64,000 nt of DNA from Acidobacteriota bacterium (GTDB taxonomy: Bacteria; Acidobacteriota; UBA890; WLXD01). Location of the stretch: assembly GCA_963666215.2 (NCBI GenBank), contig CAXWPL010000001.1, positions 224,001-288,000 on the forward strand. The letters are read 5' to 3'. Each line of letters starts with the position of its first letter. Position 1 is the first letter of the stretch. A model generated the notes under the pieces. That model did no database searches. It was not told the DNA's origin and saw only the letters and a program-made list of their open reading frames with translations. Below are positions 22,701-32,722 of the stretch, one piece after another. Made by a program: the position numbers and the translations under genes.

Positions 22701-24977
22701 CTCGCCGAGGCCGGCTACAGCCTGCCCGCTCAGGTCCGAATGACGGGAGCGGCTCTGCTGCGTGGCAAGGGCCAACTGGGCGGCCAGGCCACTCTGAGTG
22801 ATTGGACCGGTAACCTGGAGGTCGAGGGCCTGCGATTCGACCGCCCCCCAGATCTGCTGTTCAGCGCCCCGCACCTTGAAGTCACGCTGGCCGACGACCG
22901 CTTGCAGGCTACGGCGCAGATCGTCTCGGACGCCGGCGATCTCGAGTTCGGCGCGGGACTGCAGCTTGCCGATCGATCGCTCGAAGGGCACTTGAGCGGC
23001 AATGTTGACCTTGCCGCGCTCGCCAGCTTGACGCCCGGCGTCGACGCTGCCGGCAGCGTCGACGCACACCTGACGCTCGGCGGCACGCTGGATGCTCCGC
23101 GCGGCGACGGCGAGCTGACCATCAGCGGCTTGACGCTGGGCTCAGAGGGCATGCCGTACAACCTCGAGGAGGGCGCCGCCACGATCAGCATGGCTGGCGA
23201 CATGCTGCTCCTCGAGGTGATGGAGGCGTCGGTCTCGGGCGGCCGGCTGACCGGCTCTGGGAGCCTGGCGTTGCGTACCTTGCTTGCAGCGGCGCGAGGT
23301 GAAGCTGCGGGAGTCACCGAGGATTCGGTGGCCGATCCAAGGGCTGCGGGCCATATCGATCTCCTCCTCGAGGCGCTGCCGCTCACACCTCTGTTGGCAC
23401 GCTGGCCAGCCGCCGCACGCCTCATCGACGACGGCGAGGTGACCGCCAGCGCGACGCTCGAGGGCAGCGGTCTCGACTGGCGCGCCTATCGCGGTGGAAT
23501 CGATGTCACGCAACTGCGACTGCGCATTGGCGAGTACAGACTCGGCCTCGATTCAACCGCGAGTGCGCGGCTGGCGGCTGGCGTCGTTCATTTCGACCCA
23601 CCTGCGGTGCTCACGGGAGCCGGCACCCACCTGACGCTCGCCGGGCGCCTGGTCCTGTTCAACGAGCCCGGCGAGCGCCGTGGCAGGATCGAGGGGAACG
23701 ACGAGCGGAGCACGGAGCTGGTGGCTACAGGCGTGATCGGACTCGATCCGTTGAACGCACTGAGTCCGACCTGGGGGATCGGCGGCCGAGCCACCACCGA
23801 CCTACGTATCGTCCGCGGCGGAGGTGCCGGCGATTCCTTTGCACTGCTCGGTAAGGTGCACATCGCCGACGGCGTAGTCAGTCCGCCACCTCTGCGGCAG
23901 CCGATCACCCGCATCGCCGCTGACCTCACGTTCAACGGCCGTGAGATCACGATAACGGACCTTACCGGCGAAACCGGCGGCGGCTCCGTCGCCAGTAGCG
24001 GACGCGTTGTGCTGCCGCCCAACGAGCGCGTCGCGTTTTCTTTCACCACCCGCTTCCGCGAGGCGCTCCTACGGCTCGAACGAGACGTGCGAATCGTGGC
24101 AAGTGCCGATCTGCAGCACGACGGTACGAGCGAACGGTCGCGGTTGTCGGGGCAGATCACGCTGCATGAGGGCACGTATCGCCGCGATCTCGAGGCCGAC
24201 GACGCGATCCTCGAGATTCTCGAGGCACCCGAAACCGAGTCCGACCCCCTACTCGCGACCGTCGATCTCGACCTCCAGGTTGACGGCGCCGGCGACTTGA
24301 TCATCGAGAACAACCTGGCTGAGGTCGAAGTCTCGGCCGACCTCGACGTCCGAGGCACGCTCGACGAGCCGGTCATTCTCGGGCGCTCGGTCCTTCTTGA
24401 AGGTGACCTCCTTTGGAACGGCAACACCTTCGAGATTGATCGCGGCACCGTCGAAATGAACAACCCGTTCGTCACCGAGCCCGTCTTCGAGATTCGCGCC
24501 CGCACGACGGTGCGCAGCTATTCGGTCGACCTGACCTTCTCTGGGTCGTTCCAGCACGGGGTCAAGTTCTCGTATACCTCTACGCCGCCGTTGTCGGACC
24601 TCGATCTCGTTAACCTACTGGCGTTTGGTGAAGAGCCTGGAAGTGCGGCACTCCGAGAGCGTTACGAGGCCGCCGTCGGGCTGCAGGCAACGAGATACCT
24701 CACCGACCAGTATCTGGCGCAGGTCGAAGAGGGTGCCCAGCGGATTTTCGGAGTCGATCGGTTCCGCCTGGCGCCTACGCTGGTTGGTTCGCGTACCGAC
24801 CCGTCTGCACGGCTGACGATTGGCAAGCGCATCGCGCGCGACCTGTACGTTACCTATTCGCGCCTGATCAACAGCGGCGAGGATCAGCTCCTGTTGGTCG
24901 AGTACCAGCTCTCGCCAACCGTGCGTATCACCGGGATCCGCGACGAAGATGGGTCCCTAGTTGTGTTTTCTAAGTAG
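19701..24977 (+). CDS. tamB: TamB/AsmA-like translocation module protein; C-terminus disrupted by IS481
   Basis: N-terminal TM, long beta-rich body, DUF490-like C-terminal region, tamA downstream; the last residues VVFSK are IS-derived and the native tail lies at 26015-26050. Confidence 0.88.
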   Translation: MSDSGANKTPRSDADRRTAAGANEGFRARSRERPRRRWSWLAAVPFIAFLAAWAVLESRFAAEPLRRLVENRAAELLGGGRVEIGKLDFDLLPLRIELTDLRVWWTLSIDGAPRGDTGAVVPGQSETTPTLRADRLAARIAASSLLRQRIEFLAIELDRPHIHLDSDDGRTARATDPDDLGDLVSVLDSEVGPPDASPGFEVVVQQVVVTDGTVEINHRPARLQGELGGIELRIASLEAASGAAGASRASGPAAGAKRGSLSVARGSLLLGDPDTPTAKLVSVRFETEIVRRDRSGGFDVESMLLEIGSSRLEGSGSAADVANGELAVRGEIDLAELFRHWSPPWPGSHSGLASIDGRVELSDGLPRFEGRLTTARAVVADLPLLDVATEVELAPHTIALRELTARLLGGSLRGSLEVQLERDRPAALSVDYELAEVDAARLSRWQPLQGWRFAGALAAVGQASWSTPWRQTLTGNGTITVGALEAHPTTNDFVATGSEAAVAVDASTDRSTFGRQHPTPALPLPAHAAASYRMRAGAVLIDSAELQLPGSRLCASGRVGGDRQLLLALDIETSDLRSLDELVAQIRTPSSPPSNSLVPAVSTDSTQATPPAGASASVGRIPTGGQLASIGPRAQRLGLRGVGRAELRVTGTTAAPQIAGSVMAQSLSIRQTVVGTLEARLRTEQNHLRLSDLRLRQASGEVTGVGAFRLGGSTGDASASPEELGNDDFELRLNAVRYPLRTRISVGDERRDVAGAFDGSVEVRGSYSRSRETPNDIRRDSTAGSWTALFNLTASDFRVDGSTLGLAAAEGTAAPGIWNIRALQLNGPIAKGRGRLTISPGLVDLETNFEHVDLAPALALGLPSSEIAARGSIGGTVRLAGAPHALSGMARLHADDLVLGGVALGALQLGATAGSGLFSLRAVGSAPPTSSSSIASPALPPRATTVTAIPNLPAAPDSAWTAAAIVATVSSAAEPSAASELVGWPTTVHARINGDVARALLAEAGYSLPAQVRMTGAALLRGKGQLGGQATLSDWTGNLEVEGLRFDRPPDLLFSAPHLEVTLADDRLQATAQIVSDAGDLEFGAGLQLADRSLEGHLSGNVDLAALASLTPGVDAAGSVDAHLTLGGTLDAPRGDGELTISGLTLGSEGMPYNLEEGAATISMAGDMLLLEVMEASVSGGRLTGSGSLALRTLLAAARGEAAGVTEDSVADPRAAGHIDLLLEALPLTPLLARWPAAARLIDDGEVTASATLEGSGLDWRAYRGGIDVTQLRLRIGEYRLGLDSTASARLAAGVVHFDPPAVLTGAGTHLTLAGRLVLFNEPGERRGRIEGNDERSTELVATGVIGLDPLNALSPTWGIGGRATTDLRIVRGGGAGDSFALLGKVHIADGVVSPPPLRQPITRIAADLTFNGREITITDLTGETGGGSVASSGRVVLPPNERVAFSFTTRFREALLRLERDVRIVASADLQHDGTSERSRLSGQITLHEGTYRRDLEADDAILEILEAPETESDPLLATVDLDLQVDGAGDLIIENNLAEVEVSADLDVRGTLDEPVILGRSVLLEGDLLWNGNTFEIDRGTVEMNNPFVTEPVFEIRARTTVRSYSVDLTFSGSFQHGVKFSYTSTPPLSDLDLVNLLAFGEEPGSAALRERYEAAVGLQATRYLTDQYLAQVEEGAQRIFGVDRFRLAPTLVGSRTDPSARLTIGKRIARDLYVTYSRLINSGEDQLLLVEYQLSPTVRITGIRDEDGSLVVFSK

Positions 24978-26010
24978 GTTGTTCACATCGGGGCTCACTT
25001 CTGAGATCAATGGGGTTGTTCAAAAGACTCCACGACCTCAGAAGGAGCGCCCGATGCAGCTGCATGGTAACGCCCGCACGAGCCGTATATACGCCGAGAG
25101 ATGGTCCGCCGAGTCCGGGAGCGGGCGGAGCCCGTGACGGAAACGGCGGCGGCGCTCGGCGTGTCGGCTCGAACGGTTTACAAGTGGCTGGATAGATACG
25201 AGCGAGAAGGTGAGGCCGGAAGCTGCTCGATCGATCAAGCCGGCCGACGTGCTGTCCGCACGCAACAAGCGCTGGAGTTGTGAGGCAGATCGACAAGCTA
25301 CGTCGGCGGCGACTGACGGCCTGGCAGATCAGCCGAAGGTTGGCTGTGCCGCGCTCGACCGTCTCGGCGTGGCTGAAGCGGCTCGGACTCGCCAAGCTTG
25401 ATGCGCTCGAGCCCAAGCCCGAGATCGTTCGCTACGAGTACGAGCACCCCGGTGACCTACTGCACCTGGATACGAAGAAACTGGCCCGTATCCGGCGACC
25501 TGGACACCGCATCCACGGCGACCGCTCCAAGCGGGGTGCGGCGTCGGCTGGGCGAACGCCCACGTCGCTATCGACGATCACTCTCGGGTGGCGTACGTCG
25601 AAGTGCTGCCCGCCGAAGACCAACACACCTGCACAGCGTTCCTGCAGCGAGCCGTCGAGCACTTCGCTTCGATGGGAGTAGCGGTGCGCCGAGTGATGAC
25701 AGACAACGGGCCTGGCTACGTCTCGAAGCGCTTGAATCGCCTATGCCATCAACTCGAGATCCGGCACATTTACACCCGGCCCTACATCCCCACAGTAAAC
25801 CAACGGCCACAAGCCGAACGCTTCATCCGCACACTCAAGGAGCACGGGCCTACGGCACCTGCTACCAGACCTCAGCTCGACGTACTCGAGCTCTACGGCC
25901 CTGGCTCAACCACTACAATCGTCACCGCTCCCCACGCCGGCATCGGCATGACACCGCCGATCGCTCGGCTCTCAGGGGTGAGTTCGTGAACAACCTACCT
26001 AGAACTCACA
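24962..26010 (+). mobile_element. IS481-family insertion sequence, second copy with multiple indels (1049 bp)
   Basis: Near-identical to 14004-15046 with the same ends; flanks are CCTAGT and CCTAGG. Confidence 0.95.
25054..25989 (+). pseudogene. Frameshifted IS481 transposase (true decay or sequence error)
   Basis: The same protein as 14096-15025 is split across ORFs starting at 25101, 25280 and 25588. Confidence 0.8.
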
Positions 26011-26050
26011 CCTAGGCATCGATTTCCAGGTGCGCAAGCGCATTCGATAG

Positions 26051-28894
26051 ATGCTCGGAGCCGCAGCAGTCGCAATCTGGGCGCTGGTCTCGGCCACCGT
26101 CAGCGGACCGCCGCCGGCTGCGACCGCGGCCAGGGCTCCTTGGACGCCCACAGCGGCCTCGACCACGGGCGCCGCCGCGCGGCAGCTGCCGTCAGAACGA
26201 GTGGCCGCGATTTCCGTGGATGCGCCGAGCGCGGGGCTCGAGCGTTCCGCCGTCGAGGCCATCGTTCAAGTCGTTGGCGCGCCATACAGCATCGACGCCA
26301 TCCGCGACTCGCTGCAGAACCTGCTGGCACTGCCCGACATCGCCGACGCACAGGTCATCCGATCCGACCACCCGCGGGGCCTCCACCTGACCTTTGTCGT
26401 GTCGCCACAACCGCGGTTGCGACAAGTTCATCTGACTGGCGACGTCCCCGTGTCGAAGTCGCAGCTACGGCGCTCGCTTTCGATCGCTCCCGGCGACCCT
26501 CTTACCGAGGAACGGATCTGGGCCGAAGCCGAGCGACTCCAGCAGGCTCTCGCCGATCGCGGGTACTCACTGGCGTCGGTAGAGCCTCGTGTGCTGATCG
26601 CTGGCGACCCGACGCTCGGCACCCTCGCTCTGGCGGTGAGCCCAGGCACGCTCACGCGGCTCGGGGATTTTCAGATACAGGTCCAGATCCAGGACGACAT
26701 CCGGGGCGAGATCCAAGGCGAGACCGGGGGGCTCGACCAGGGAGAGCTCCGAACCACGCTCGGGATCGACTTCCGGGCCGGCCAACCCTATCGCCCGGAC
26801 GAGCTCGACCTCGGAATCGAGCGGCTGCAACGCTTCCTCATCGAGAAGCACTACTTCTTTGCACGCGTCGCCGTGCTCGAGCAGGCAATCGACCTGCAGG
26901 CGAACATCATGGACCTGGTGATTGGAGTTGAGGCCGGGCCAGTCGTCGACTTCGAGGTCACCGGACTCGACCAGCCGGAGGACGAGCTGCATGAGGTGCT
27001 CGCCGTTTTCGAGTTCGGCACTGTTGACGACTGGGCGCTCAAAGACTCCCGCCACGCCCTCGTCCGCAATCTGCAGCAACAAGGCTACTGGAAGCCGCTC
27101 GTCTCCTACAGCCGCGAGCGCGACGAGCAGGGTCGCAACGTCCGAGTACGACTCCGCGTGCTACGCGGACGGCAAAGCAAGTTGCAGAAGATCGAGTTCG
27201 TCGGCGGCGGGTCCATTCCGGAATCCGTTCTGCGTGCCGCGATACGGAGTCGAGAGAGCGGTTTCCTGAGCTCAGCGCGCTTCGTGAGCGAGTGGTGGAG
27301 TGAGGACCAACGCGCCATCGAAGCACTGTACCGCCGCAACGGCTACCTCGAGGCGCAGGTGGTCGACTCGGCGGTGATCAACGATCCAGAGCTTGGCGGG
27401 TTGCTCGCAAGGGTGGAGATCCGCGAAGGAGATCGTACGGTCGTCGCTAACGCAAAGATCGGGGTGGAGTCGATCTGGACGACAGCAGGAGTCGACACCG
27501 AGCGGCTGATCCAGGAGCTGCAGCTGCGACCGGGCGAGCCCTTCAACCCCCGCTGGGTACGACGTGACGCCGACCGGCTTCGCTCGCTGCTGGCCAACAC
27601 CGGCTACAGGCACGCGTCCGTAACGGGCGTGTACGAGCTCACTGAGCCCGGAGCCGTGATCACGTACGCCGTCCAGCCGGGCGAGCGCAGCCGTGTCGGC
27701 CGCGTGCTCGTGGCGGGAAATTCGACAACCAAAGCGGACGTGATCCGTCGAGCCCTGACCTTCGTTCCCGGGTCTCCATACTCCCTCGCCGACATCCTCG
27801 AGAGTCAGAGTCGGCTCTACCGACTGGGAATCTTCGACCGCGTCGACGTGCGCTCGGTGACGCCAGAGCACGCCTCCAGCGACCCGACGCTACTGGTAGC
27901 GGTGCGCGAGGCGCCTCGCATGTTCGTGGGCTACGGCGGCGGCATCGACAGCGAGGAGGGCGCACGAGCTCGCCTGTCTCTGGGACACGACAACCTCTTC
28001 GGACGTGACCTGCAGGCATCCGTGAGCACACGCCTGTCGTTGCGCGAGCAACGCGTGCAAGGACTCCTGGTGGAGCCCTACCTGTTCGGCCACCGCCTCG
28101 AGTCGACGTTGAGCGCGTACTTCGAAAGCGACGTCGAACAGTCGTTCGACGTCGAGAGGCTCGGTGTTTCGTTCCAGATCCTCAAGCGCCACACCCCCAC
28201 GCTCACCAGCAATCTGCGGTACACATATCGGCGCGTGAAGACGCTCAACGTCGACATCGATCCGGCACTGCTCAAACCTGAGGACCGCTCGACCACGGTC
28301 GGTGCCCTGGGCTACACGTTCATTCGCGATACCCGCCCCGACCCCATCGACCCGCGCGAGGGCATGTACCACACAGCCGATGTGGAAATCGCGACGGGCG
28401 CACTGGGCTCTGCGACCAACTTCGCGCGACTCTTCGGGCGCTCGTTCTTCTACCAGGAGCTCGGCGGAGGAGTTGTTCTCGCCATCGCGCTGCGCGCCGG
28501 CCTCGAACTGCCGTTCGGCAACGACGACTCGGTGCCGCTAGCGGAGCGCTTCTTTGCAGGCGGCTCTGTGACACTCCGCGGCTTCGGCCTCGACGAGGCA
28601 GGGCCACTCGACGTCAACGGCCGGGCGGTGGGCGGAGAGGTGCTGCTGATCGGCAACGTCGAGCTGCGAGTACCCCTCCGAGACAAGATCGGCGGCGTTC
28701 TGTTCGCCGATTTCGGCAATGTTTTTTCCGACCTCAACGGTGTCACACTCGGCGAGATCCGCGAGACGCTCGGCTTCGGCCTGCGCTACCACACGCCGGT
28801 CGGGCCGGCGCGAATCGACGTCGGAAGGCTAATCGACCGGCGCGCCGGTGAACGGTCGTTCCGACTCTTCGTGTCGATTGGACATACTTTCTGA
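26051..28894 (+). CDS. tamA: Omp85-family outer-membrane assembly factor (TamA/BamA-like, multiple POTRA domains)
   Basis: POTRA-like repeats, ERFFAGGSVTLRGF loop-6 motif, GFGLRYHTPVGPARID, terminal IGHTF. Confidence 0.88.
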   Translation: MLGAAAVAIWALVSATVSGPPPAATAARAPWTPTAASTTGAAARQLPSERVAAISVDAPSAGLERSAVEAIVQVVGAPYSIDAIRDSLQNLLALPDIADAQVIRSDHPRGLHLTFVVSPQPRLRQVHLTGDVPVSKSQLRRSLSIAPGDPLTEERIWAEAERLQQALADRGYSLASVEPRVLIAGDPTLGTLALAVSPGTLTRLGDFQIQVQIQDDIRGEIQGETGGLDQGELRTTLGIDFRAGQPYRPDELDLGIERLQRFLIEKHYFFARVAVLEQAIDLQANIMDLVIGVEAGPVVDFEVTGLDQPEDELHEVLAVFEFGTVDDWALKDSRHALVRNLQQQGYWKPLVSYSRERDEQGRNVRVRLRVLRGRQSKLQKIEFVGGGSIPESVLRAAIRSRESGFLSSARFVSEWWSEDQRAIEALYRRNGYLEAQVVDSAVINDPELGGLLARVEIREGDRTVVANAKIGVESIWTTAGVDTERLIQELQLRPGEPFNPRWVRRDADRLRSLLANTGYRHASVTGVYELTEPGAVITYAVQPGERSRVGRVLVAGNSTTKADVIRRALTFVPGSPYSLADILESQSRLYRLGIFDRVDVRSVTPEHASSDPTLLVAVREAPRMFVGYGGGIDSEEGARARLSLGHDNLFGRDLQASVSTRLSLREQRVQGLLVEPYLFGHRLESTLSAYFESDVEQSFDVERLGVSFQILKRHTPTLTSNLRYTYRRVKTLNVDIDPALLKPEDRSTTVGALGYTFIRDTRPDPIDPREGMYHTADVEIATGALGSATNFARLFGRSFFYQELGGGVVLAIALRAGLELPFGNDDSVPLAERFFAGGSVTLRGFGLDEAGPLDVNGRAVGGEVLLIGNVELRVPLRDKIGGVLFADFGNVFSDLNGVTLGEIRETLGFGLRYHTPVGPARIDVGRLIDRRAGERSFRLFVSIGHTF

Positions 28895-29664
28895 TGCGGC
28901 GAGCGACACATCGACTGGCGTGCGGTTGGATCACAACGCTGGTCTTTGTCCTCGCAATCGCAGCGCTGTCGTTCTTCGCGACATCGCGGACGGCAACGGC
29001 GAGCGCTGCGACCTGGCCCGCGACCGGGCAGGCAAACGTGATCGATGGCGTCGCCGCCGTGATCAACGGCGAGGTCATCAGCCGCGGTGAGGTGGCTCGC
29101 GAGACCATGCTGTTACACAACGCCAGGCTCGCTCCATTGGTCCCGGGCTGTGGCCGAGTCGACCTCCCTGAGTCTCGGTCAACGATCCTCTCGGATCTTG
29201 ACTCCGACGACACCTCGGCCGTGCTGACCTGCCTGATCGACGGCCGGCTCGTCCTGCAGGAAGTGACGCGGCTACCGGTGCCAGCGGGGCTAGCGGAAGT
29301 CGTGGAGGCCGACTACGAGATGCTCGCCTCCTCCTTCGTGTCTCGCGAGGAGTTCGATGTGACCGCCGCGCGAGCCCAACTTTCACCAACCGACGTCCGC
29401 CACCGCCTCAGCCTGCGAGCACGCGTGGAGGCCTATGTGGACGCCCGATTCCGGGCGAGCGTGGAGATCACGCGCGAGCGGGCCCAGCGGCACTACGCCG
29501 ACGTGGTCCTTCCAGAGTTGCGCCAGCGCGGCCTCGAGGAGCCACCGTTCGACCAGGCACTGGCGTCGGTAATCGACATCCTACGGGAGGCCGAAGTGAA
29601 CCAACGGGTAGAATCGTGGCTCGCCGAGCTCCGGGAGCGCGCCACGATTCGGCTCGCCCGCTAG
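28894..29664 (+). CDS. SurA N-terminal-domain-like periplasmic chaperone
   Basis: Signal peptide, IDGVAAVINGEVIS, LIDGRLVLQE, C-terminal WLAELRERATI; coupled to the Omp85 gene. Confidence 0.78.
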   Translation: MRRATHRLACGWITTLVFVLAIAALSFFATSRTATASAATWPATGQANVIDGVAAVINGEVISRGEVARETMLLHNARLAPLVPGCGRVDLPESRSTILSDLDSDDTSAVLTCLIDGRLVLQEVTRLPVPAGLAEVVEADYEMLASSFVSREEFDVTAARAQLSPTDVRHRLSLRARVEAYVDARFRASVEITRERAQRHYADVVLPELRQRGLEEPPFDQALASVIDILREAEVNQRVESWLAELRERATIRLAR

Positions 29665-29732
29665 GCCGCGTTCCGCGGGTTCGACGAACCCGGCAACCCG
29701 GTGATTGTTCTCCAGCCCGGAGCTCAACGCGC

Positions 29733-30887
29733 ATGGCTCGTCAGGCCCAGTCAGATCGCAGCGCCGATACCGCCCGCAAGCTTGCGCCCGGAATCATCGG
29801 CTTCGACTCGCTGATCGGGAACGACTCGGTCATCGCCGGGCTTCGGCGCGCCTTGGGGCGTGCCACCCTGCCCCAAGCCATGGCCTTCAGCGGCCCGGCC
29901 GGCGTGGGCAAGGCCACCTGTGCTGCGCTGATAGCGCAAGCGATCAATTGCCGCGGATCTAGCGGAACCAGCGGAAGCAGCGCAGAGGCCCCCTCGGACG
30001 CCTGTGGGCACTGCGTACCGTGCGCCAAGATCGCCCGCGGACTTCATCCCGACGTGACTTGGGTGGCGCCCGAGCCGCGAGCCATCTCGGTTGCGCAGGT
30101 GCGCTCGATCGTTGAGCAGGTAGCATACGCGCCGTACGAGGGACGCCGGCGAGTGGTGATCTTCGACGACGCCCACACGATGAACATCGCGGCGCAAAAC
30201 GCCCTGCTGAAAACGCTCGAGGAGCCGCCGCCCTCGTCGAACTTGATCCTCGTAACCGCGGCCTATGGCAGCCTGCTGCCGACCGTACGCTCACGTTGCC
30301 AGGAGCTGCGCTTCTCTCCGCTGTCGCACGACGACGTATGCGGCTATCTCGCAGGCCTCGGCGTCGAGCCGCGAGAAGCGCGCCTGCGCTCGCGACTCGT
30401 GCCGGGAAGTCTCGGGGCCGCGCTGAGCGTCGATCTCGAAGAATACGAGCACCAGCTCGAGGTTGTGGTGAGCGCACTGCGCTTCGCGCTGGCCGGCGGC
30501 GCCGGTGTTGTGACCGCTGGCGAGGCGCTCGCCGATGCCGGTAACGGCGAAACCGCCACTCAGCGCGCGGCCAGTATTCTGCGGGTCTGCCGCGACGTCC
30601 TGCGCGACCTGTGGCTTCTCGCCAGTGGTGCAAACGAACAGTTGTTGCTCAATCCCGAGCGCGCCGACGATTGGCGCGATTGGGCGGCGGGTCTTGACGG
30701 CGACCGACTGACACGGGCGCTGACCGCGCTCGACGCGGGCATCGCCGGCTTCCTTTCGGGCATCCAACCCAACATTCGACTCGCGATCGAGCAGACCCTG
30801 GCCGACGTGGGTGGCGCACTCGGCTACCCGTCAGCTCCTGGATCTTCCGACCTCCGTGCTGGAGCTGGCGCCCGCGGCGCAAGCTAA
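29733..30887 (+). CDS. holB: DNA polymerase III delta-prime subunit
   Basis: GPAGVGKAT, Zn module C..CGHCVPC, HPDV, AQNALLKTLEEPP, LLPTVRSRC. Confidence 0.92.
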   Translation: MARQAQSDRSADTARKLAPGIIGFDSLIGNDSVIAGLRRALGRATLPQAMAFSGPAGVGKATCAALIAQAINCRGSSGTSGSSAEAPSDACGHCVPCAKIARGLHPDVTWVAPEPRAISVAQVRSIVEQVAYAPYEGRRRVVIFDDAHTMNIAAQNALLKTLEEPPPSSNLILVTAAYGSLLPTVRSRCQELRFSPLSHDDVCGYLAGLGVEPREARLRSRLVPGSLGAALSVDLEEYEHQLEVVVSALRFALAGGAGVVTAGEALADAGNGETATQRAASILRVCRDVLRDLWLLASGANEQLLLNPERADDWRDWAAGLDGDRLTRALTALDAGIAGFLSGIQPNIRLAIEQTLADVGGALGYPSAPGSSDLRAGAGARGAS

Positions 30888-30912
30888 CGCGAGCCACCCG
30901 GTTGATCCTCTC

Positions 30913-32085
30913 ATGACACCTCCCTCCAACCCCCTGGTCGGTTGCACGATGGGAGACCCCGCGGGCATCGGCCCGGAGGTGCTCCTGCGTGGGGTTGAGC
31001 AGCTGCTGCTCGAGGATCGCGACGAACGTTTGCTCGGCGGCCCCTTGCTGGGCCGCCCATCACCGGAGCTCCATGCCACGCTGGCGGCGGCCCAGGAGGG
31101 CGAACCGCCGGCGCCACCTGGAATCCTGCTCGTCGGCGACGCCACGGTCCTCTGCCAACGCGCAGCGGAGCTCGATGTGTCCCTCACCATCCGGCCGGTG
31201 CCCGATGCCGCCACGGCGCGCGCTGCCCACGAGGCAGGAGAGCCGGGCCCTTGGGTGATTGATTGCACCGACGCCAGTGGTGTCGGGCTCGGGCGGCCCT
31301 CGCCAGCTAGCGGCCGCGCGTCCCTGGAGTGCCTCGCGGTTGCCGCCGCCCTCGCCGAGACCGGTCAAATCGACGCTCTGGCCACTGCCCCGCTGAGCAA
31401 GGAGCTCGTCGCGCTGCATCAACCACGCTTCCTCGGTCACACCGAGTATCTCGCCGAGCGTGCGTCGCTCGCCCTCGCGAGGACCACCACGCGCTACTCT
31501 GGCGACACCTCACAATCAACACCCGCGATATCAGTCGAGCAGATCGAGCCGATCATGCTGTTCGCGGGCCCCCGGCCCCACGTCGCCCTCCTGAGCACCC
31601 ACCTACCGCTCGTCACCGCCCTGGCGCGCATCCGACGTCCAACTGTCGTCAGGATGCTCGCGAGGCTCAGCGAGCTCTGGAGCGGTGCTTTCGGCGATCG
31701 GCCACGTATCGCTCTCGCCGCACTCAACCCCCACGCCGGGGAAGGTGGACGGCTCGGCGGTGAGGAGGCCGATGTGCTCGCGCCCGCGGTTGTGGATGCA
31801 CGCGTCGTGGGTGTGGATGCGGTCGGCCCTTACGCCGCCGACAGCGTTTTTCTGCGCCCCGATGTCGACGTCATTCTGGCGCTGTACCACGACCAGGGAA
31901 CGATTATCGCCAAGCGATCCGCAGTGCCAACCACCAACGTCACGCTAGGGCTCCCCTATCCGCGGACCTCACCCGATCACGGGACAGCCTTCGATCTCGC
32001 GGTTCGCGGCGGCGCTGACGCGCGGCCGATGCTGCAATCGCTGAAGATGGCCGCCGAGCTTGCGCATCGACAACCAGGCCGCTAG
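30913..32085 (+). CDS. pdxA: 4-hydroxythreonine-4-phosphate dehydrogenase family protein
   Basis: TMGDPAGIGPE, GHTEYL, LNPHAGEGG, LYHDQG, RTSPDHGTAFD. Confidence 0.92.
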   Translation: MTPPSNPLVGCTMGDPAGIGPEVLLRGVEQLLLEDRDERLLGGPLLGRPSPELHATLAAAQEGEPPAPPGILLVGDATVLCQRAAELDVSLTIRPVPDAATARAAHEAGEPGPWVIDCTDASGVGLGRPSPASGRASLECLAVAAALAETGQIDALATAPLSKELVALHQPRFLGHTEYLAERASLALARTTTRYSGDTSQSTPAISVEQIEPIMLFAGPRPHVALLSTHLPLVTALARIRRPTVVRMLARLSELWSGAFGDRPRIALAALNPHAGEGGRLGGEEADVLAPAVVDARVVGVDAVGPYAADSVFLRPDVDVILALYHDQGTIIAKRSAVPTTNVTLGLPYPRTSPDHGTAFDLAVRGGADARPMLQSLKMAAELAHRQPGR

Positions 32086-32174
32086 CGCATTTCGCGGCAT
32101 TCGGCGTGCGCGTTGGACAAGGTCAACGCGCTCACGCAACTCGATCACCGAGTCGTGTGCACGATGACGACCGG

Positions 32175-32657
32175 CTAACGGCGTCGATGCAATTCCTGTT
32201 CGACCTCGCGCTCGACCGCCTCTTTGCGCAGCTGATCGCGCTTGTCGTACAACTTCAGGCCGCGCCCGACGCCAATCTCCACCTTGGCCCGACCGTTGGT
32301 GAAGTAGATGCGTAGCGGCACCATCGTCAGCCCCTTCTCGACGATGCGACCGAGCAGGCGGTCGATCTCGAAGCGGTGCAACAACAGCTTCCGCGGCCGC
32401 TCAGGCTCGTGTTGATTGAGCTTGCCGGCCGGAGGGTACGGCCCGATGTGGAGATTGTGGAGAATCAGCTCACCTCCACTGACCGCCGCGTAGGCATCCT
32501 TGAGATTGGCCGTGCCGAGTCGCAGCGCCTTGACCTCGGTGCCGAGCAGCACGATTCCCGCCTCATACGTTGCGAGGATCTCGTAGTTCTTGTGCGCGCG
32601 CCGGTTGACCGTCACTACGCGATCGCCGCCGATGTTCACACGTGCCCCCGGAGCCAT
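32175..32657 (-). CDS. smpB: SsrA-binding protein
   Basis: NRRA..YE..TYEAGIVLLGTEVKALR, RPRKLLLHR, K.YDKR. Confidence 0.97.
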   Translation of the reverse strand: MAPGARVNIGGDRVVTVNRRAHKNYEILATYEAGIVLLGTEVKALRLGTANLKDAYAAVSGGELILHNLHIGPYPPAGKLNQHEPERPRKLLLHRFEIDRLLGRIVEKGLTMVPLRIYFTNGRAKVEIGVGRGLKLYDKRDQLRKEAVEREVEQELHRRR

Positions 32658-32722
32658 GCTTGAGGTCGGCTGCTCGGCCGCTGGCCGCGATCATCACGGC
32701 GCTCGCGTGCCGCCCAGCGTTA

